Positions 11,101 to 24,800 of a stretch of 64,000 nucleotides of DNA are shown here, one piece after another; the first letter of the stretch is position 1, and every line of letters begins with the position of its first letter. This DNA is from Haliotis rufescens (taxonomy: Eukaryota). The DNA lies in assembly GCF_023055435.1 (NCBI RefSeq), contig NW_025963879.1, positions 558,001 to 622,000 on the forward strand. Direction: 5' to 3'. The position numbers and the translations under genes were made by a program. The notes under the pieces are model-generated. The model had not been told where the DNA came from. It searched no databases and saw only the letters and a program-made list of their open reading frames with translations.

Positions 11101-14100
11101 GCTTGTTCTGGTGGTAAATAAATATAGAACAATAAAATGTTTATGAAACTCACATCGTGTTGTGGCTGTTGTTGTTGGAGCTGCAGTAGTAGTTGTGGTA
11201 GTGGTAGTGGTAGTGTTAGTGGGTGCAGCTGTTGTTGTAGTTGGAGCAGCTGTTGTAGTCGTGGGAGCAGCTGTTGTAGTAGTGGTTGTAACAGCAACAG
11301 TTGTTGGAGAACATTGTTGTTCTCCCACACATCCGCAGTATACAACAGAGCTTTGTGGTCTATAATAGTAGCAGCCTCTCCTGGAGTATCGGGATCCATA
11401 GTAGTAGGAAGCATCTGAAACAAACAAGACACGCGATATTCACACACGGGTTTGTCGGCAAAATGTGTGTTTTCTGCGTCGAGGGATACGACGGGACTGA
11501 CAACTGTAAAAACGAATGAGACTGTGTGAGGCAATCTGTTTCTAATCGGGTTATTTTTCACGGAAAGAAAGGTTACAAATAAGCTTCTCAATCAAAGAAT
11601 CACCATCAAAGTCCCGGTTAAGTCATTTCAGAACGTGTATGGTGCATAGCTAAACATTTAAAGCAATTTGCCCCTGGCTTGGCAACATGATGCGCTGTTC
11701 TCTCCCATGCAATGACCTTCACATGGAGTGTTTGAACCACCTAACCCACTGGCTCCATATTGAGAGGGTGCTACCGGTAGATTAGGACACAAAACATGTA
11801 CTTACCATTTTCGCAAACACATGGTATTATTACTGAATTTCCGTGATGCATTCACTAATTTTCCATCACTTATTTGCCTTTTACGCCTTTTTATGATTTG
11901 TTGGTTTGTTGTGTAACGCCGCACTCAGCAATATTCGAGCTATATGACAGCGGTCTATAAATAATCGTGTCTGGACCAGACAATCCAGTGTTTGATATCA
12001 TGAGCATTAATCGACGCATTTCGGATCGATGACATGCATCAACCAAGTCAGCGAGTCTGACCACCCTTTCCCGTTAGTCGCCTCTTACGACAAGCATAGT
12101 CGCATTTTACAGCAAGTATGGGTTGCTGAAGACCTATTCTTCGCCAGATCTTTACGGGTCTTTACGCCCTATGGAATCTGGTTCCGCCGATTATTAAATT
12201 TTCTGGCGTTCACGTTTCTACTATAAAGGCTTCCAAATCTGGAAATATTCAGGACCTCTCGCTGCGTATCACCACCTGAGAAAGTGGCATTTAAGATGGC
12301 GACATCAATAGATCATTCATTCAATAATGCACTTGATTAATATTTATCAGCAAAAAACTTATATATTATGTGTTTGATTATTTCTCTATTTCGGCTAACC
12401 AGGCCTATTCAGTTGTCATTGGCGCATATGCCGTCAATGTATTACGACGTCAAAACCGTCGAGCATGGCAACATGCATGTGTCACAGTTCACAGTACATC
12501 TATTTCGAACAGAAAAAAACTCTTTTATTTACAGTGTCGATATAAGGTCAATTTCGCACATTTGAAGGTGTTATTCCTTTTTTGATTCCTGCTATTTAAT
12601 ATTTGAAATTTCTGGATTACACGGTTGGTTTCCGATCATCGAATACTTAATGCCGAGTACCAAGCAGGGTATCATCATGTATCATATTTTGGTATTACGC
12701 GGTCGGGTATCGAACCACTGACCTTTCGCTCTCTTGAGTGTTCTAGAGTGATACGGGGGCACGGGTGGCCCAGTAACCTAAGGCGCTGCGATTCGCTGTG
12801 CAGAGCTGCGTCCCTTGGGCACGCCAGAAACCTACGATTGTGGGTTTGAATCCCGGTTCGCCCCGATTATGTTTCTAGGTTTGTCAGCACCTACCCGTGT
12901 TCGTAGTCCCTATCATGGGTTTCACAGAAGTGGTAAACGTCTGAGACCTGCATCACGTAGGGCTTTCCTCTCACATTAAGCTGACACGCTGTGATATAAC
13001 TGGAATACTGTTAAAAGCAGCGTTAAACCCAACTCGCTCTAGAGTGATACTAGGATAATTACCAGTCCGTTGTTTTGTTTCACCACAAACTGTTCTTATC
13101 ACTGAGTTAAACTAATTCGTAGTTAAAAGCAATAAACACCTTGCTGAAAGAGTCCATACAATTGCGACTAAACCATGAGCATGTGTTTTATAACCATTAT
13201 CAATTCAATTCAGTTCAATTCAATTCGGGGGCACGGGTGGCCCAGTCGTCTAAGGCGACGTGATTCGCTGTGCAGAGTTGCGTCCCTTAGGCACGCCAGA
13301 AACCTATGATTGTGGGTTCGAATCCCGGTTCGCTCCGATTATGTTTCTAGGTTTGTCAGCACCATACCCGTGCTCGTGGGTTTCACAGAAGTGGTAAACG
13401 TCTGAGACCTGCATCACTTCGGGCTTTCCTCCCACATTAAGCTGACACGCCGCGATATTACTGGAATATTGTTNNNNNNNNNNNNNNNNNNNNNNNNNNN
13501 NNNNNNNNNNNNNNNNNNNNNNNNNNNNNNNNNNNNNNNNNNNNNNNNNNNNNNNNNNNNNNNNNNNNNNNNNNNNNNNNNNNNNNNNNNNNNNNNNNNN
13601 NNNNNNNNNNNNNNNNNNNNTTTCTTTATTAACTCAAACAACCAGCCGGTGATATATGAGCAACAATAATAACAGACATATATACCCCCAATTTTTTTTT
13701 TAGACTAACCAGCCGTGACTCACAGAATCCGGTTGATTAAAAACTACACAAAGATCACACCTGTTTAATAAGCTCTTAATGAACTCCATCCAGTTGTTTC
13801 TATTGTTATTAGTATTATTTATAGAATTTATGTATTTCAATATTAGGGTTGAAAATTTTAGCACAGGTCGATTATTACTTATATGTTTCTGCCAAAACGA
13901 AATCATCCTCTTATATATGATTCTACATATTGGAAATCTCCCAAATTAACCATACATCATATAACCTGGTGTTGAGTTTCTAAGATTGAAGGCAAGTTTA
14001 ATGAATTGTAAATGTACTTTTTCCAATACTGAATGATTTTCGTCTCCTCAAGTTTCACAACCATAGTGAGTGAGTGAGTATGGTTTTACACCGCTTTTAA

Positions 14101-14696
14101 CAATATTCCAGCAATATCACGGCGGGGGACACCAGAAATGGGCTTCACACATTGTACCCATGTCAGGAATCGAACCCGGGTTTTCGGCGTGACGAGCGAA
14201 CGCTTTAACCACTAGGCTACCCGACCGCCCCTTCACAACCATAGGTTAGAATAGGCAAGATTAGAACATCAAAGGCTTTGAGAAGACAATCTACAGGTAA
14301 ATTTAAATTCCGTGCTCTTTTTAATAAAGAGTGATAATACCAAGTGTTCGCGAAAAGAAACTATTGATCTGACATGAGCGTCTGTTTGGGGTGAATAATC
14401 AGTTGGCTTTAGCCGTTACTTTGTTATACAAGATTCATGAATTGTATGTAATAATATATGTATAACCGCACTGATTACTTACAATATCGAGCCCATCCAC
14501 AGTTGTTGTTACCGTTACGGCAGCAGTCTCCCGAGTAGTCGACGTAGCTGTAGCGGGGCCTGAAGTGTCGCAGTGTAGATTGACTTTCAGCCTTTAAAGC
14601 ACTTTCATAATTCTCTGTCTGATACTTCATGGAGAGATATTCGCAACTCACCATCACTGCCAGTGATAGGCAGACTAGTATGGGAAGGCAATTCAT
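8139..14696 (-). CDS. Subfamily A paralog A2: secreted serine-protease homolog (S1 pseudoprotease) with N-terminal Tyr/Cys-rich domain and Thr-rich linker, ~403 aa, 7 exons
   Basis: Exons joined by hand: complement(join(14483..14696,11154..11414,10685..10880,9815..9858,9362..9523,8728..8891,8139..8309)). All introns GT-AG, phases 1,1,2,1,1,0, 1212 nt with no internal stop. Signal peptide MNCLPILVCLSLAVMVSC. S1-like motifs TTR|LLNG, VCTGVV..PSNC, IACVY, STCAGDFGGPISC. Confidence 0.88.
11895..12160 (-). mobile_element. SINE family with central GTCGTAAGAGGCGACTAA motif; other copies ~25508-25778, 32218-32287, 50965-51145, 61392-61570
   Basis: Multiple dispersed copies, an (AACC/AAAC)n tail, and flanking tttacgcc repeats. 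The 3' end resembles the other SINE and LINE tails. Confidence 0.7.
12755..13037 (+). mobile_element. tRNA(Leu-like)-derived SINE with 13-bp TSD
   Basis: TSD tctagagtgatac at 12742-12754 and 13038-13050. The site is empty in paralog A1 (~26207-26219). Confidence 0.85.
13226..13473 (+). mobile_element. Second copy of the tRNA(Leu-like) SINE, inserted in the (ATTCA)n tail of a LINE and running into the N gap
   Basis: Same sequence as 12755-13037; absent from the equivalent position in A3. Confidence 0.8.
13474..13620. other. Assembly gap (147 N) in intron 1 of A2
   Basis: Run of N. Confidence 1.
14067..14231 (-). mobile_element. Short tRNA(Asp-like)-derived SINE with 13-bp TSD; older copies near 9990-10085, 38860-39005, 47830-47960 and 58290-58420
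   Basis: Minus strand reads GGTAGCCTAGTGGTTAAAGCG...GTCACG...GGTTCGATTCC with an (ACTC)n tail. TSD ttcacaaccatag at 14054-14066 and 14232-14244. The site is empty at ~1206 in A3. Confidence 0.85.
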
Positions 14697-14752
14697 TCTG
14701 CTGTGTGTGGAGCTGTCAAGGCTCTGGCGTTCAAACAGGAGGGAGACGGGGT

Positions 14753-14759
14753 ATTTATA
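14753..14759 (-). promoter_or_regulatory. TATA box of A2
   Basis: TATAAAT 57 nt upstream of the ATG at 14696. Confidence 0.65.
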
Positions 14760-17524
14760 CTGAGATGGATTTCGGTGGAAGAACTGCCATGGGATTTTGT
14801 TCTACTTAAACAGTGGTTCAAATACCACAGGGATTGTTTTCGATGTTGAACCAGCTGTTGTCGAAGTACATATCATAGAATATACCAATGTTTGTCATAC
14901 AGAGATGGACTTTACAGGTGTGTTTCCACTCTAGATACGACACCTAGAAAATTTCCTACAGCACAAGTAGGGATGCTTAATCATGCATTTCAAGGTTCGA
15001 AACATTTAACAAACTTGTGGGCAAAAATAGTATTTGTTTTATATAATTGAAATTTGAAAGAACTTTTGTTAAATTTGATTATGTGTATTTAACCATCACT
15101 TATTCCTGTAACCGTCTTTAAAAAGTAATCTGTGGGTGGGTAATTTTGTGTTAAAATAATTTGGTTCAATGAAGACTAATGTGTAAGAAATGAATTTGTA
15201 CTCACTTGACCTCTACAATGTTTGAAATGTAATTGTAGTCTTGCAATTAGCTGATTTCAATGATGCGACTTAAAACACCTATCTTTTCGCACTACGATTA
15301 TAACCGACGATACCAGCTCTGAACGTATCTGTGTTGAAGATTACGAGCCATAATGCTTTAATTGCTGTGTTTATCTATGTTGGGATCCGGGGTAGAATGT
15401 GTCATAAAACCATACGCACTCACTCACTTGGTTTGGATTTTTTTTTTCATTTTATTTTGTTTCTTGAATTATGAGAAATTTTGAGAAATTTCAAAATTTA
15501 ACATAGCCTCGAGTCTGATGCCCAGAAGGCTGTTGCTCACGGGCGAATCTAGTACGTTACACTGCTGGAATATATCTATCCTGTAACCTCTTGGTGTTAG
15601 TCTGCTGGAGATCCACTGACATTTAACATCCCCGGTAAAGGCGCTCCTTTGGGTCGGTAAACATGATTGTTGAAACATATTCTTATTACCATGGCACCTT
15701 AAACAAATTTTAAAAAGTACTGATTCAGAAAGTGAACTTTTCCGATGATAAAAACACTTGCTCGCTTGTGATATTATGAGAAAGACACTTGGCTCAATCC
15801 ATTGTGCTTGAGGCCACTGAAGAACACAAATTAACATCATATTTACCCTTTCTACTAGAAAAAAAGGTATAACAGTTAAAGCAGGGAATGTCTGATGTTA
15901 CAAAACTGAAGTGTGGCGCTCTGCTGATGGAACGCAAAACTCATAAACAATCTGCTACCCTTTTTGAACGAACTGCACGAGTATCATGTTTTGTTAGTTT
16001 GCTCCGGTTATAACACGGGTGGATCACTTACCACAAGAATATTGTGAATATGCGACCAAGCAAAGAAATTATTATCATTATGTCTAAAACTGATTGTGAA
16101 GTAATTAAACGTTTTGCTATATCTGTCAGGCGATGGCACTTCGTAGTACATTATTGTCAGAACAATAAGATCTGTGTACACCACGCCCATTGTAATACAA
16201 ATGTAACTATGGGCCGATGGCCTACACCTACGAAATAAACTGAATTGAATTGAATCAACTAAACTGGCAGATATCAAGATTTGTGAAAATCATGTCCTAG
16301 CCACTGCTTCAAATGCCAACAGTTTGGTCATGCTCAAAATTGAAGTAGAAATGAAGGCTTTGCTTGTTGTGCTACCCTCAAATGTTCTAACTTCAAATTA
16401 AAGAAGCACACATGGCATCTTCCCCTGAGCGTCCTGTGTTCGAATTTGAGTCGGCTGTGTAAGGGGTTAAGTCTGAGCAAACTATTGGTTACGTTGATGC
16501 ACGAAAGAAAGTTCCTGCTAATTCTTCTGCAGGACCAACTAAAATATCTTATGTCACTGCCCTAAAACCCACCAAAAGTTACATACATGGCCACACTTCT
16601 GAAAAGAAAGTGGGTAGAGGTAGATCACCTTTTCACCCTCCATGAATCATAATATCATACAATGTAACTGCCGAGGAATTAAAGCTAATATTGAAGAAAT
16701 GAACCTTCTAGCCGAAGATAAGAACCACGTGGCGTTTAGTCTCCAGGAAACACGAGATGGTCAGCTATTTGATTTACATCAGTAGGATACATATAGTTCG
16801 TTTGTAAGAGTTTCTTATGGTAAGGCGTATGGTGGCACACATATACCAGTAAAACAGGGATCTCCTCAAAGCCCTATTGCACTAAATACCTCCAGGCTGT
16901 TGCAGTGCGTATAACTTTGTATATTACAACAATAACTCTGTGTTCCTTATATATACATCCATCATCTGCTCAGGGATCTGGATAATCTCATTGACCAGCA
17001 TCCCAAACCATTTTTGATTATGGGAGACTTGAATGGTCACAAATCGTATTGGGTTCGTCCGATCATAATGATATAGGAAATGTGACAAAAGAATTACTTG
17101 AAAAGCATAGTCTATGCCTTCTTAATGATGGAAGTTACACATACTTCAATCCAGGATTATGTTCTCAACGTTGGATTTACCCATTTCTGACACTTTTTTA
17201 TGACCTTTTTTTCAGTTCATGTTCAGTTCATGGTGATTTGTGCCGCACTGATCACTTTCCTACCGTACCTAAAGCTATATCTCCCTTTGTGGATAGTTTC
17301 ATTTACAAAAGCAATTTTCCAAGGCAATGAGGCTGTCGTTTAGTTTCTTTTGCAGTACTAAATTAAGGCTAATCATTTTATGAATGATCATGACCTTCTT
17401 AAACATTGCCACTGAAGCTATATCTAATACCTATACAACTCAACGTATCAGTACACCATGACTTCTTTCAGTGGCATTTAGAAGTTGGTGTGATGAAGTA
17501 AGACGAGTTCTTTATTACAATTGG

Positions 17525-17564
17525 TGCGACGTTTCGGTGTAGATCCTAACACCTTTATCAAGCA
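17525..17564 (-). ncRNA. Minimal hammerhead ribozyme motif, copy 3
   Basis: Identical motif in the duplicated PLE. Confidence 0.7.
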
Positions 17565-17600
17565 AGTGATGAAGTAAGACCAGTTCTTTATTATAATTGG

Positions 17601-17640
17601 TGCGACGTTTCGGTGTAGATCCTAACACCTTTATCAAGCA
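17601..17640 (-). ncRNA. Minimal hammerhead ribozyme motif, copy 4
   Basis: Identical motif, 76 bp from copy 3. Confidence 0.7.
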
Positions 17641-17656
17641 AGTGATGGATAGTGCT

Positions 17657-19095
17657 TACTTACTTACTTACTTACTTTGGAGTTTTAACGTGCGCTTTCC
17701 GACTGATGCGTATTTCGCACACGGGCCCGGCCAGGCCATTTAATGTGTTTCCGAAAGGGGCGAAGGTGGTCTGTGCAACCCAAGAGGGGGGTTTTAGGGG
17801 TTGCTTATATAGAATTGGGGAATTTTGAGATTTGGAATAGATGCCGATGGGATTGGGGGAGGAGAACTAAGGGAGCTGGGTATGGTGGATGTTTGTTTGT
17901 TTATGTGATTTTGATTTGGTAGGTTATTGTGTTTTTAGATGCGTTTTATTAGTTCCGTTTTTATTAAGAATACGCCTAGGGCCTTGAAGTTTTCTAGTTT
18001 ATTTTGTGGGTTAAGTATTGCTTCTAGAGTGAGAGCCTTGTTTAGATTGAGGGTGGTTTGTAATGCGGTTCGATGTGTTAGGTAGTGTGTGCAGTGGATG
18101 AGTGCGTGTTCTGGGGTTTCTGGTTGTTTGCAGTGTGGGCAGTTACCTGTAGTGTGTTTTTTTATTTTTTTTAGGTGGTTATTTAGGTTGGTGTGTCCTG
18201 TTTGGAGTTTAGTGATTACTCTGTCGATTTTTTTTATGGATGGAGAATTTTTGGTTTGGTTAGTGGCTTGCTGAGCACTTTTAAGATTTGGCTATTTGAG
18301 TTTAGATATAGGTTATGCCATTTTTTTGTGATTTTTTGCTTGTTTACACTTGTAATTTCTCATTTTGAGATGGGTAAGTTTAAGCTTATTTCTGGGATTT
18401 TGAGGGATAGTTTAGCTGCTTTATCGGTGTTTTCATTACCGTATATTCCTACGTGGGCGGGTATCCACGAGAAGGTTATTTGTTTGCCTGCCTTAGTTAG
18501 GTCGTTGGAGCTTTTAAGTATTTGATTTATTAATTTAGGTCGGTTTTTGGTATTTTTGTTTTGGAGGGCTTGCAGTCCACTTAGGGAGTCGGTAAGTATT
18601 AGGATTTTTTGTGGTTTTTGGATTCTTGATTATGGAGGGCTGAGGCCATGCCCATTAGTTCTGCCGTGAATATTGATTGGTTGTTTGGGAGTCGGAAGGA
18701 TTGTGTGATTTTAGTTGGTTGTGTGGTATGGACTCCGAAACCTGTGTGTTTGGAGGTCGGATCTGAGGATCCGTCCGTGTAAATGTGACACCAATTTGGC
18801 CAATTTTTCATGTATGTATGCTAGTGTGGTAGTCTTAGCTATGTTTGGGTCGGTTCGTTTATTTATTTGACCAGCAAGTGTTGTGTCTATTTTGGGTATT
18901 TTAAGTTTAGGGGTGAAGATATTTGATTGTTTGCAGTTTTGTTTAAGATTTTTAATTTGGTGTTCATTTAGGTAGTTTGTTATTCTTTGGGATATTGGGG
19001 TAAGTAAGGGGTGTTTACGAGCTCGAGCTTGGTTTTTGGGGCTGATGTTTTGGTTTATTAAGTTTTGGATGAGAGGGTTTGATTGGGACGCGGCC
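17657..19095 (-). mobile_element. 5'-truncated RNase H-containing LINE (I-group/Nimb-like) with (TAAG)n tail and 11-bp TSD
   Basis: RNase H motifs HIYTDGS...IFTAELMG, ILTDSLSGL, SWIPAHVGIYGNENTDKAAK, and a CPHC..ETPEHALIHC knuckle. TSD tggatagtgct at 17646-17656 and 19096-19106. The site is empty in the other unit (~5267-5277). Confidence 0.88.
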
Positions 19096-21870
19096 TGGAT
19101 AGTGCTAAACAACATAGGTATATATACTTATTAACATCAATGTTTATACAGTTAATTGATTGATGGACACAGAGAGCTGATTAAGATAATTGGAAGCCAG
19201 TTGATGACTAATGAACACAGAGTCAGCAAGCAGACTGATAGAGATGATGGAAGCCAGTGGATTAATTGGATGGACATAGGGATTTAACAATAAGGTGATG
19301 GTAAGCAGGCGGGATGTAATAGCCTTGATCTCTGTTCAATGCTGGCTGGATCCTTTTGATGTAGATGGCTTCTAGGAGTTTCCTGATTTTGTAGTCTGAT
19401 TGATTGTTGGCCATGATCTTGATGTTGTTCCACTGGATGTTGTGGTCGGGGTGGGTTTGGGTGTGGTCGGAGAATGCTGATTTTGAGTCATTTTTTTTCA
19501 CTGAGGTCTTGTGTAATTTTATTCTTGCCATTGGCACTAAGGATGTTCTGGATTGTCCTGCCTCTCTGGAATACTGTATCAATGTTGGCGTGGTGTTTGA
19601 GCAGTCTGCGGATCTGGTGGCTGGCTGTTCCTATGTAGGGAAGACTGATGACAAACGGGGCTGTCTGTTGTCGTGGAGGCCGCTCTCTGGGGCTGGGGAT
19701 GCTGTTGATTGTTTGTTCAACTAGGCTGGTAGGATAATTGTTGAAGTTAGTGAAGACATGGCGGAGGTGGTTGAGTTCAGTTTGTAGGTGTTGTGGCGTG
19801 GAACAGATGTTGACGGCACGTCGGGCTAAGGTGGCAATAATTCCTCTTTTGATTTGTGGTGGATGGTTAGAGGAATTGTGCAGATACTGATCAGTATGGT
19901 ATCACCAACTGGTAAATAAGATTCTAACGGATCTATTTGTACTGGCAAATAGTGCCAAAGTTGCTAGTCTCTCTGTCATAAGAATCAAAACTGTTTATTC
20001 CAGAATTTCCAATATTAGCTCAATCTTCACTACCGAGGTAAATGTAGAATTATACTGAATCCTAGAAGGGACATTGCCGTGTTAGTGCCCTCACAAAAAC
20101 AAACTAAAAGTGACAAAGCGAGACATCTCGACATTTTGACCCATCTGTTATGTTTATAAAGGCATTAAAATGTGCGACTATGCAAGTATTGATTAAATCG
20201 CGTTGTGTCCCTTTTCTATTAATATTATACATGTGTAATAAGTGAATATATCTACGCATGCCCAGAAATGGTTATATTCCTTTACAAACTCCAGTGGTCT
20301 CCAATGATTCTAAAACATAAGTACCGATGGCAATGTGGGTTACTTCCCCTGGAATGAAACCAAATCTCTCTTTTCGGGGTCGGTTTGAAATACCAACGTA
20401 TTTTGACAGCAAGAAATAAACTCTTTTCTGTTTAATTTATTTCAGGTCTCCAATAACTAATCACATCGTTGAAGGGTACGGTTGTGCCAGTCATCCTGGA
20501 CGGTGTATTTGCTGTGCAGAGCTGTGTCCACTAGGCATAGGTTGGCACCCCAGCGCCTTTCCTGACAGTGTGCTTGTGGGTTTTACCAATGTGTTTAAAT
20601 CTAAGATTTGCATGACTTCGGGCTCTCCTTCCGCATCAAGCTGTGCCGCGGTAATTTAATTATTGAACTCACTCACTCACACACTCAAATCGATGAACGC
20701 ACAGTGCAGTGTTGCGTACCCTGAGCGTGACAGAAACCTATATGGGGTTTTGTTTGGAGACTAAATACTTTTTCAGTTATTGCTGCAAAACCAAAATATA
20801 TTAAAACTGTAAGCCTAATCTGTTGTTTTTGGTAAAAAACACCTTGGAACAATTTCTTTTCTTTCAAGTCTAAGGCATTAGCACATTTTTTCAAGCATGA
20901 TTTGGGACAAAAAAATTTTTTCGATAAAGTGTCTGAATTTAAACCCTTGACTTATTCATCTATTGGTATAGATCAGTCTTGGTTGGCATTGTGAAATAAG
21001 CAGTGCCACTATGCGCGAATGTGACAACACGACAATGTAGTGCTAATAGCGAAAATATGCAGTAATGAAAGAAAGGCGACGTGACGCAGCATGAGATCTG
21101 ACTGGGCTGGTACTATAAAATTGACATAAGGCCGACTAGAACAAACAACCACACACGCGTACATGAAAGTCGCTACATTATTGTAATAATCCCGAATGAC
21201 TTTTGAGTCTTGTCATATGTTGTCACATTGTGTTTTCTTGTACATTTAAACAATAAAACGCGACATAAGAACTAAAATTGGGGTTTTGTATCTCGACGAA
21301 TATATCAACTTCATATGATTAAATATCTGTGCAGTGTTGCTTTCCAGCCTCGTCCCTATTATAACCTTTGGTAGTCGTGGGTATTTCCTAAGTGGTGAAA
21401 GTCTGACTTGAGTCATTTTGGGGTTCGACATTAAGGGAAATCGTCGAACGATACTCATAGGCAAGAAGACATGAACTAAACACGTGAACTAAATACATCA
21501 CAAAGGTATCTCCTTTCTGCATATGGCACCAACGGTTTAAACTACCAGCTAAGACAGAGGGACGTCCATAGGGGCGTATTATTTCATGATTGAGGACTAT
21601 TTAACACAAAATTACCGTTGTTTATAAAATAGATTGAACTTATATAAATATCCTACCACCTAACGTTATGACTTTGACCGAATAAAGCATCTTTTGTCAA
21701 TTTGATCATTTCCAGGTTCATTGCCAAAAGCTTTTGCTCTAGGAATCCTCAAAGTATACAAAGTATGCCATTGGATATACATGTACATATTTAAAATTAC
21801 AACATGGTACTGTAAATGTTCAGCTGTTTATTCAACATGGAACACCAGACAAATTGATAAAACAATATTT

Positions 21871-24800
21871 TTATCCGAGCTGGATTTGGTCCCTGCTTGT
21901 TGCAAGAACACGAACACTCGCTGCTTCAAGGTTGTAGAATCCTACAGCAGAACCGGCCGTGCAGTCACCATTTTCGATCTGCCCAATAACCACCTGTTCT
22001 CCACTCGTTAGGCTGCAAGATATTGGTCCACCGAAGTCGCCCTGGAAGTAACGACAGAACTAATTATGTATTAACGTTGAATTTTTGAGCGTATTGCATC
22101 GCAGAGTTTGTTCGGACCGTTATATTCAGATCCTGGTATTCAGAATTGATTGGAACATTACCTTTCGTGCCAATGCTTGTTATTGCAATTGAGTTCGTAT
22201 AGCCTACTCTAACAAATTCATGGTCTTCTGGCACAGAAGTGTGAGTGAGCGGGATGTCACCGATGTCACATGTGAGGAAACGTCAACAAAAGACACAAAT
22301 ACAAATACACTACGCATTTAAAATAACAAATGATCTACCCAACCGCCCCTCCTCTTCGATGAGAATTAAAGGGTTTTAGGTGTAGAAGGTAGTAACGTTT
22401 CGAGATAGAGGCTTCACTATGAAACCATTCAGCCTGGAAATAAGGGAAACAATATACATACCGCACATGTAGAGCCACTGGGGCTGATGAAGCAGTTATA
22501 TGTGATGGCAGTGTTCGTGAAGTCAAAGACAGCGGAAGTGGGGCTGGCTGAAAGAAGTGCTTGACACGTGTCGGTTGGCTGCAGACTGGGGATATCCAGG
22601 TACTCGAAGGCAGGAGTTGAAGTACCTATGATGCAGAAGAGACGTGCGAGGTTGATCATATGATATTCCAGGTTAGGTGGGATTGTTTAAAACAAATAAT
22701 CACTTGGGAAAATGAAGGGTTGTGACTTCCAGATAGTTTTGGGGCTCTTTCTTCCAGAGGTGAAGCTCTAACTTACGAAATATTTACCCGTGGGGCTAAA
22801 ACAAGGAATCAGTATAATGTGCCTAAGCAATCCATCTTAAACTGCGGCATTCTATCTCAGAGTGCTAGCACCACAACACTGACATAAATCCGGACTAGTA
22901 CAAACAGCCACACGCACACGTGCATGCAAGTGAAATAATCTTGAACACGATGTTATACCCCATTTCACTTCACCCCACTGTCTAAAATTCCGAGATGGTA
23001 TCTTGCATCATTGACTCCCACTTTTACACATGCGTCACTACGCATCTTCCACACTTCTGAGATCGCTGCTCACCGGCATTATCAGAGAATCCTGCAGCAG
23101 CAACCTTGCAGGTATCCAGGAGGATGTCGCTTGCCATAGTGCTGGAATAGACACAGGCGATGCCGGGGCAGCTGTTAGACGTCACTGCTGTAGGTAAGGT
23201 CACTTCAACAGGGCCACCTACTCCTCCTGCGGTTGCTGAAATTTCCAAAGGTAAGGATACCTGTACATTGAGTTGATACAATCTGGAAATGCGGAACTTC
23301 ATATTTCTGTCCATGGTAAGATAGGTAAGACGTACATTTTTAAACAAAATATTTGTTCCCCTTCTCCTAATTTCTACCACAACATGTACAAAAGTACAAA
23401 CCATCATGTATGTAAATACTCGGGAGAGGATAAATTACTTGCGATAAATTATGTTCTTTTCATGTTAATAAAATGTGTTTATACGAAAAACTAAACACAC
23501 ATCATTGTGAAGAGACCTGTCTCTTACCTGTGATGCCTGTTGCGATAACGGTTCCATCCTGAGCCACAACACTACGAATAGAAAAATATACATATGAATT
23601 GGCTGCTTTTTCAGAATGTGCCCGAAACCAGATCAGAGCTGGGTGAACGAAGGAAACTACCCGTGAGGACAATGTGACATTTTAGTGCTGTCTTTTCGTT
23701 GTGAGTGAGTGAGTTGGTGTGTAGCTAGAAGTTGGCTTCAGAGATTGTACCCATGTGGGGAACCAAACCCACCGTCCAATGGGGCTCGTCGAACAAGGGT
23801 ACAATTACGACGACGCCTGTGGTGTTTGCATTTCAATGATACATGTTGTACTATTGGAATTATATACGTAAAACCACCTGACACACATTTGTGCTGTGAC
23901 ATACATGATCCTTAACTATAACTATAGGGACGAAATTGTAGAGCTTGAGAGGATCTTTTGGGAAGATCGACAATAACGATAAGTAAACAAGTAATTTCAA
24001 TGCAACATTGTCCATTTTGATAAATTGTCAAATAAGCGAACCTAGCATGTGAAATGTCGTGCCTGCATCACAAGTGTAAAGTTAGTCGACTCCCAACTGA
24101 TCTTGGTGCCTTAGGTTCACTACTTCCTTATATCTTGGCGCAGATCAGGAAGATGCCACTGTGATTGCCCTTCTGGCAATCTGCGTAATGCTAAATGGTA
24201 CTATTGAGCGGGATATTATTACCAACAATTACACAAATAAAACACTACCTCCTATTAATAATAATATCTTAATAGTAATGAGTATCATATAGCCAGCTTA
24301 CTCTGCTCCGTTTGCAAAAGCAGCACAGTTGCTGGGTATAGACAGGGTCGTGCCACTGGTGACGACTCCAGTGCATACAGTTGCTCCACCGATTTGGATG
24401 GCTACAAGCCCTGGGAACTCATCGCATCCAGCGATAGCAAGGCCGTTCAAAAGCCTCGTGATGGCGGTTGGGGCGGTTGAGGCCTCAGCTGGACAAACTG
24501 AAATTGTACACATAATAGTCAGTGAGTATGTTCTTGACGCCGCCATCAGCAATATTCCAGCTACATCCTGTCTGTAAATATTCGGGCACAGGAGTGGTTG
24601 TTCGATAAGCAACACAAACCAGTGACTGAAAGCATGAACATCGATCCATATCATAACGATGGTCCGTAAGCAGCACATTAGGGTTACTGGAAACAATTCT
24701 ACCAATGAATCTCCACGGTTCTTCTGGTGGTAAATAAATATAGAACAATAAAATGTTTATGAAACTCACATCGTGTTGTGGCTGTTGTTGTTGGAGCTGC

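Larger units (their letters stand above)
17490..19899 (-). mobile_element. Duplicated Penelope-like element with the GIY-YIG core deleted, interrupted by a LINE insertion
   Basis: Co-linear with 5127-6175 except for a ~100-bp deletion near 19525 and the 17657-19095 insertion. Confidence 0.85.

Noticed and set aside
11137-11418. Cys/Ser-rich, poly-Val and Gln/Leu-rich ORFs over the Thr repeats (also ~24750-25040, 38420-38760, 47290-47720, 57840-58180)
   Set aside because: These are alternate-frame or antisense shadows of the ACN-repeat linker exon, not metallothionein- or keratin-associated-like genes.
14120-14231. tRNA gene-like sequences with A and B boxes
   Set aside because: They have TSDs, unrelated 3' bodies and simple-repeat tails and lack a proper acceptor stem, so they are SINE heads rather than tRNA genes.
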